Part shown: positions 58,984 to 64,000 of the stretch, piece by piece
How positions within the stretch are numbered: position 1 is the stretch's first letter
Layout: every line of letters starts with the position of its first letter
Assembly: GCA_963749155.1 (NCBI GenBank)
Contig: CAVVLO010000001.1
Coordinates: 128,001-192,000, forward strand
Length of the DNA stretch: 64,000 nucleotides
Reading direction: 5' to 3'
Source of the DNA: an uncultured Armatimonadia bacterium
Lineage (GTDB): Bacteria > Armatimonadota > Zipacnadia > CAVVLO01
Made by a program: the position numbers and the translations under genes
The notes under the pieces: model-generated
Told to the model about the DNA's origin: nothing
What the model saw: the letters and a program-made list of their open reading frames with translations, nothing else
Databases searched by the model: none

Positions 58984-60106
58984 ACTTCATCCCGAACATT
59001 GCTTCTTTCAAATCCAGATAGTACAGATAATCTGCAGGTTTCACGTTAGGCGGGCAGCGGTGGTCGCAGAAGGGGATATAGCCGCCACGTTCGACATAAG
59101 GGGCGAGGGTTTCGAGATAAGCTTTGATAGCTTCGGGGCCTTTCCCAAGCTGGATTTTATCGACGCCGCCCATAATGCGAAGCTGGCCTTCATACTGATC
59201 GAGCAACTCGCCAGGATGGGCGCAACCGTTCACCTCGAAGGGGAAGAGGCAGTTGATGCCAGTTTTGAGAAATCCTGGCAGCAGCGGGCGAACATCGCCA
59301 TCACAGTCGGTGTACCACAGGTCAATGCCGTGAGCGTGCAGGCGTTTGCCAATGCGGTCATAGCGAGGCACGACGACGTCCTCGAAGAAGCGCAGCGAGA
59401 TGATAGGGCCATTTTTGAAACAGATATCCTCCCAGCCACAGGCATAGTCAAAGTCCACATGCCCAAGAATCTGGTCGAGGAAGTGTTCTACGAGCTGGCA
59501 GGAGGTTTCGACCATATCTTCGACCATCTCGGGATAATCGTAGATGGCATAGGCAAGGCCCTCGAAGGTCAGCATATTGCGGATGACGCCGATCATCGAA
59601 CCGGTGCCGACCCCGAGGGCGTAATCGCGGTCGGGTGTGGCCCCTTGCTTGATGCCTTCGACATTGATGATACGATTTGGATCGTCGAGACGAAAACGTT
59701 CTGCCTTGGCCTGGGCCCAATCGTCGGGCGTGACGATAGTAGCTTTCACATAATGAGGGATGGTATCGTGGCCGTCTTTGGGCACCTCGGCCAGCAGGCC
59801 ATCGCCATTCTGGATGAGGTAAGTGGTCTCGGTCTCACTGACGACTTTATGCTCGAAGGGCGGGCTTATCCAGCAATTGCCACCAATGGCGCCGAGGCGG
59901 TCGAAGCTGAAGAAGACATTGGCTTCGCCCTCGTTGGTGATGCCATTGTCTGTGAAGAGATCCCATTCGCGGTAGTTTTCTTCCCAATAACCGAACTCCA
60001 TATTGAAGCTGCGGTCGACGGGTTTCCAGTGCATCTGATTGTTGAACCGCTCGCGGTCAGTCATTGTGCCCTTCCACTTGGAGCGGATCGGCTTGATATC
60101 TGCCAT
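58982..60106 (-). CDS. Uroporphyrinogen decarboxylase/MtaA-CmuA family protein
   Basis: MTDRERF, WEDICFKNGP, YTDCDG, FPFEV, IMGGVDK, GGYIPFCDH. Confidence 0.85.
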   Translation of the reverse strand: MADIKPIRSKWKGTMTDRERFNNQMHWKPVDRSFNMEFGYWEENYREWDLFTDNGITNEGEANVFFSFDRLGAIGGNCWISPPFEHKVVSETETTYLIQNGDGLLAEVPKDGHDTIPHYVKATIVTPDDWAQAKAERFRLDDPNRIINVEGIKQGATPDRDYALGVGTGSMIGVIRNMLTFEGLAYAIYDYPEMVEDMVETSCQLVEHFLDQILGHVDFDYACGWEDICFKNGPIISLRFFEDVVVPRYDRIGKRLHAHGIDLWYTDCDGDVRPLLPGFLKTGINCLFPFEVNGCAHPGELLDQYEGQLRIMGGVDKIQLGKGPEAIKAYLETLAPYVERGGYIPFCDHRCPPNVKPADYLYYLDLKEAMFGMK

Positions 60107-60269
60107 CTCGGTACCTCTTGGCTGTCAGGTTAGGCGCCATGATAGGACACCAGCAAGCAGGATAAGGGCAACCTGAGTGAAAAGCAAGACTCAACTGGGT
60201 ACGCAGGGCAAAGGGCCAGAAAAAAATGGGAGAGTAAACTCCGAGGATTAAAACAGCTAGCAAAAAAAA

Positions 60270-60346
60270 TGGTCGGGGCGACTGGATTTGAACCAGCGAC
60301 CACACGGCCCCCAGCCGTGTGCGCTACCAAGCTGCGCTACGCCCCG
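60270..60346 (-). tRNA. tRNA-Pro (anticodon GGG)
   Basis: CGGGGCGTAGCGCAGCTTGGTAGCGCACACGGCT-GGG-GGCCGTGTGGTCGCTGGTTCAAATCCAGTCGCCCCGACCA, a 77-nt cloverleaf with encoded CCA. Confidence 0.97.
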
Positions 60347-60458
60347 ACACGAGGCTTATACTAACGCAACCGCGCGGCGATGTCCATACTCCGGCAGCCC
60401 TTTCCGGCAGGGAAACAGTGCCCGGAAGGGAAGAGTAACAAATCCAGGAGGCTGATTT

Positions 60459-61289
60459 ATGAAGTTTGCCCTTTGCAATGAGTTGCTGCGCGAGTGGTCT
60501 TTCGAGCGTCAGGTGGATTTCGCCAGCGGACTTGGTTATGACGGGCTGGAGATTGCACCCTTTACCCTGGCGGACTCGGTGCTGGAGATTCCGACCGCCG
60601 AACGCGCCAGACTGCGCGGGATTCTCGGCGAGGCTGGACTGGCGATGCCAGCAACTCATTGGTTGCTGGTAAAGCCGGAAGGTTTACATATAAGTTCGCC
60701 TGACGAAATCCTTCGGAAACGCACCAGTGACTACCTGGCGGCGCTTGCGGACTTTACGGCTGATTTGGGCGGGAGCGTGATGATTTTCGGTTCACCCAAA
60801 CAGCGCAGCCTGCTACCTCAAGTGAGTCTCGAACAGGCGCGAGAGTGGTCCAGAGAGACCTTGCTGGCCGCTTTGCCAGCTTGTGCGGAGCGCGGGGTGA
60901 CTTTATGTATCGAGCAGCTCTCGACGGCGGAGACTGACTTCCTGACCACGCTGGAGGAGGTCGCCGAATTCGTGGATTATGTTGATCACCCAAACTGCGG
61001 CCTGATGCTGGACGTGAAGGCGATGTCCAGTCTGGGAGTGCCCTTGCCCGAGCTGATTCGTCAGTATGGCCCTCGCGCAAAGCACTTCCACGCCAATGAC
61101 GCCAATCTCCAGGGGCCTGGCTTTGGTGAAGTGGATTATTTGCCGATATTCAGGATACTTGCTGAAATTGGTTATGAGGGCTGGGTATCGGTAGAAGTGT
61201 TCGATTACTCTCCAGGGGTTGAGCGACTGGCCTCGGAGAGCTTGAGATATTTGCAAAAATGCCTGGAAGAGGTGGCCACAGATGGCTGA
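60459..61289 (+). CDS. Sugar phosphate isomerase/epimerase (D-psicose/tagatose 3-epimerase-like)
   Basis: GYDGLEIAP, FGSPKQR, CIEQL..ET, LDVKAM, HFHAND, PGFG, VSVEVF. AGGAGG RBS. Confidence 0.88.
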   Translation: MKFALCNELLREWSFERQVDFASGLGYDGLEIAPFTLADSVLEIPTAERARLRGILGEAGLAMPATHWLLVKPEGLHISSPDEILRKRTSDYLAALADFTADLGGSVMIFGSPKQRSLLPQVSLEQAREWSRETLLAALPACAERGVTLCIEQLSTAETDFLTTLEEVAEFVDYVDHPNCGLMLDVKAMSSLGVPLPELIRQYGPRAKHFHANDANLQGPGFGEVDYLPIFRILAEIGYEGWVSVEVFDYSPGVERLASESLRYLQKCLEEVATDG

Positions 61290-62401
61290 ACGACTGACCG
61301 TAAGCGCGGGTAATCATACCAGGGCCAATTGTCCTGTAAGAGTGGAAGCGCCGAGTGCCGAGTGGCCTGAACATTTCTATCTGGAAGGCCCCGGTGGCGC
61401 GCTTGTGCCCGGTGACTGTCTTGGCGGAGAGCTGTATTTCGTTCTGCCTGCGCTGCCGGCTGGCGCAACAGGCGATTATTTCCTGAGAAGTGAACTGCCC
61501 GCTGTGGGAGTGGTGCTTGGACAGGAACCCGAGCGGATTACCGTCAGCCTCGAGGGAAAACTGGTAACCGCATACAACTTCGCTCCGAAGTGGGTCAGGC
61601 CGTTTCTTTATCCCCTGGTTGGGCCAGGCGAGCGTCAGGTGACGCGCAACTGGCCGATGGTCGAGGTCGAAGGCGAACGCACCGACCACAAGCATCATAA
61701 ATCAGTCTGGGTCGCCCACGGAGACCTGAACGGCACTGATAACTGGAGCGAAGAAGAAGGCCATGGCTGGCAGCGGCATCAGAGCTTCGAGTTGCTCTTC
61801 AGTGGCGCCGCGATGGGCAAGCTGGTGGCGAAGAACGAATGGCAGACCCATGAGGGCGTTGCCCAATTGGAGGAGCGTCGCGAGCTTACCTTCTGGCGAC
61901 TTCCCGGCGGCAATCTGTCGGTCGACTTTGACCTCGCCTTTACCGCTGTGGGTGAGGCTCTCCTGTTTGGCGACACCAAAGAAGGTGGACTGGTGTCAGT
62001 GCGGGTCGCGACGGAACTGGACGTCCCATGCACCGGTGTCATCACCAACAGCTTCGGCGGAGTGAACGAGGCCGAGACCTGGGGCAAGCGCGCTCACTGG
62101 TGCGATTATTCAGGCAGCCTCGACAAAGTAGAGCTTGGGATTGCAATTTTGGAAGCTCAGACCAACCGCTTTCATCCGACTTACTGGCATGTGCGCGATT
62201 ACGGTCTGATGACGGCCAATCCTTTTGGCATCTCGCATTTCGATCCGGCCTGCGGGACGACGGGGCGATTTCACGCTTGAAGAGGGGCAAACCGAGCGAG
62301 CCAGCTATCGGCTCTATGTCCACGCTGGAGACGCCCACCAGGGGCAGGTTGCCGAGAGTTATCTGGACTATGTAGCGCCGCCGAAGGTGAGTTTTAGCTA
62401 A
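61282..62401 (+). CDS. DUF6807/'PmoA family' beta-sandwich protein (frameshift ~62265)
   Basis: RPFLYPL, DHKHHKSVW, FGDTKEGG..R, WG..A.WCDYSG, WHVRDYGLM.ANPFG. The next frame ends ..YRLYVHAGD..KVSFS*. Confidence 0.75.
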
Positions 62402-63157
62402 CTACTTCCAGCCGGCCGGCACGTGAACCTGGGGTACCACGCGCACATTGGAGAGGAACTCCGAGGCCTCGCCCTGCCAGCGCAGCAGTTGGGCTTCTGT
62501 GGGAAGCACCTCGGGCTGGCTGGCGGTAACTGGCTGAAGCACCAGCGGCAAGTCAGGATTTAGCGAGGCCATCAGCGCAATCGCATCGGCGAATTCGCTT
62601 TGATCCATCGAAGCCGTGCAGACCAGCTTGCAAAAGACCTTTTCGTGCGGTACGCGCTCGAGGAACCACCTGTGCAAGGGCAGACAATCCGGCATCCCAC
62701 TGGTTGAAAGAAGCTTCAGGTCGGTCGCGAAAACGTCCACAAAAGGCGCAAGCTCTCCCGCCGCCGAGCCATAGGTGCCATTAGTGTCGATATAGGTCTT
62801 GTAGCCATGCTGATAGAGCTCGGGCAGCAGCGCATAGAGAAACTCCTGGGAGCAGAACGGCTCGCCACCGGTAATTGCAATATGCTTGTGGAGCCCGTGT
62901 TGGGCGGACAGTCGCTTGATTTCGTCAAGCAAAACTTCGACTGTGAAAGGGTTCGGTAGTTCCTGATAGCTTCGGCTGCCTGGCGCGGTTTCTACTCGGG
63001 CGGTCAGAGTGCGCGAAAGCGCCTTGGGCGTGTCGCAGTAGAGGCAGCGCAGATTGCACCCCTCGAGGCGCACGAAAAGCTGGCGCTCTCCAACGTACAG
63101 GCCCTCTCCCTGGAAACCAGAGAAGATTTCTTTCACATGGGCGGTCGGCTCAGCCAT
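62402..63157 (-). CDS. queE: 7-carboxy-7-deazaguanine synthase (radical SAM)
   Basis: EIFSGFQGEG, FVRL.GCNLRCLYCDT, ITGGEP, TNG, LQP, PQVH. Located next to queC. Confidence 0.9.
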   Translation of the reverse strand: MAEPTAHVKEIFSGFQGEGLYVGERQLFVRLEGCNLRCLYCDTPKALSRTLTARVETAPGSRSYQELPNPFTVEVLLDEIKRLSAQHGLHKHIAITGGEPFCSQEFLYALLPELYQHGYKTYIDTNGTYGSAAGELAPFVDVFATDLKLLSTSGMPDCLPLHRWFLERVPHEKVFCKLVCTASMDQSEFADAIALMASLNPDLPLVLQPVTASQPEVLPTEAQLLRWQGEASEFLSNVRVVPQVHVPAGWK

Positions 63158-63714
63158 CAGTCGACCCCTCTCACTTTGCAGGTGGCCAGGCGAATCGAAT
63201 CCACTTCATCCGTATAGGCACTCATCAGGCTTTCCGCAAATCGGTCAGGCTCTGCCACTCCCAGCTCAGCCAGGCTGGCGGCAGGCACCGGTACGCGCAG
63301 GGTGTTGAGGTTGAGCGCGAAATGGATAAGTCCCGAAACTGGACTAACTGTAGCGATAGAGATGGACAGCTTTCGTCCCTCAAAGAAAAGGTCATCGCCT
63401 CGCCGGCCAAGGGCTCTGCGAGAGAGAGTCTCCAGCTGCTCCTTGGCCAGCATTACAAGCAGACGCTGACGAGTAACCATCAAGGTCAGGGGAGTCTCGA
63501 AGTGCTCGATGATAAAGTGAAGCATCGAGTCCGAGTAGATGGGCGAGGCCTCCAGCACATCTTCCTGGTCGACCATATGTTGCCAGGGAATATCGCAGCT
63601 TCCGCAGAAAGCTGTTATGGAATCGCCCTGCAGCCCAAAGTGCTTGTAGGCGAAAAGTGAGGCAAGCTGCGACCCGTCATAGGGCAATTCTGCATCGTGA
63701 TAATAGGTGTGCAC
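63157..63714 (-). CDS. DUF366 family protein
   Basis: YDGSQL..FAY..FG.QGDSI.AF.G.C, MVD.ED, MLHFIIEHF, RGDDL..GRKLSISIAT, HFALN. Confidence 0.8.
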   Translation of the reverse strand: MHTYYHDAELPYDGSQLASLFAYKHFGLQGDSITAFCGSCDIPWQHMVDQEDVLEASPIYSDSMLHFIIEHFETPLTLMVTRQRLLVMLAKEQLETLSRRALGRRGDDLFFEGRKLSISIATVSPVSGLIHFALNLNTLRVPVPAASLAELGVAEPDRFAESLMSAYTDEVDSIRLATCKVRGVD

Positions 63715-63734
63715 CTGGCCCCTCCGCTAGAAAG

Positions 63735-64000
63735 CTACCTTTCCATTATAGACCCAAACCACTCAGTTGCGCCGGCCTGGTCCAAAGCTTTCCGGAAGAG
63801 TCTGCAGGAGGGGCAGTCCCAGCAGAGGGTTTCGCCTGATTCATAGCAAGGCCAGACAAGCTCGAGAGGCACGTTCAATTCGCGCCCCAGCAAGATTATC
63901 TCGGCTTTGCTGAGATGAGCAGTGGGAGCAAGTAGCCTGGGTGTGGCCAGGGTAGAAAGCGCAAGAGCGGCGTTTTCGGCCGCCACGAACTCAACCGTGT
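63735..64000 (-). CDS. queC: 7-cyano-7-deazaguanine synthase, C-terminal part (gene continues beyond the window)
   Basis: SKAEII.LG.EL.VP.ELVW.CY....C..C.SC Zn-binding tail, upstream of DUF366-queE. Confidence 0.8.
   Translation of the reverse strand, partial: TVEFVAAENAALALSTLATPRLLAPTAHLSKAEIILLGRELNVPLELVWPCYESGETLCWDCPSCRLFRKALDQAGATEWFGSIMER

Noticed and set aside
61282..62401. 'PmoA family' as evidence of methane oxidation
   Set aside because: This soluble DUF6807-type family is unrelated to membrane pMMO subunits. It has no TM helices and no pmoCB neighbours.

Overview
A 64-kb, GC-rich (about 60% by eye) bacterial chromosomal segment. It is probably from an Armatimonadota-like carbohydrate degrader; this is inferred from gene content and recalled lineage-typical proteins, not from a search. 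It holds housekeeping genes (parA-parB-serS, xerD, tyrS, ileS-dksA-lspA-lgt-rluD-tgt-M16 peptidase, queC/DUF366/queE, tRNA-Pro(GGG)). It also holds a Wzx/Wzy-type polysaccharide operon with a consensus sigma-54 promoter, many glycoside hydrolases and sugar enzymes, a KaiC-like ATPase cluster, and two related families of REP/REPIN-like palindromic repeats. About 14 genes, including essential tyrS, are split by small indels that look like assembly errors. The most unusual feature is the gene at 20666-22234, which overlaps the tyrS stop codon. It encodes an AroQ chorismate-mutase-like domain (R/R/K/E/Q catalytic residues at exact E. coli PheA spacing) fused to an archaeal-type TrpRS body. That body has lost its HIGH and KMSKS motifs but keeps the anticodon-binding domain and a candidate Fe-S cysteine motif. 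It may be a Trp- or tRNA-sensing regulator or enzyme at the aromatic amino acid branch point. No CRISPR array, prophage or transposase was seen.
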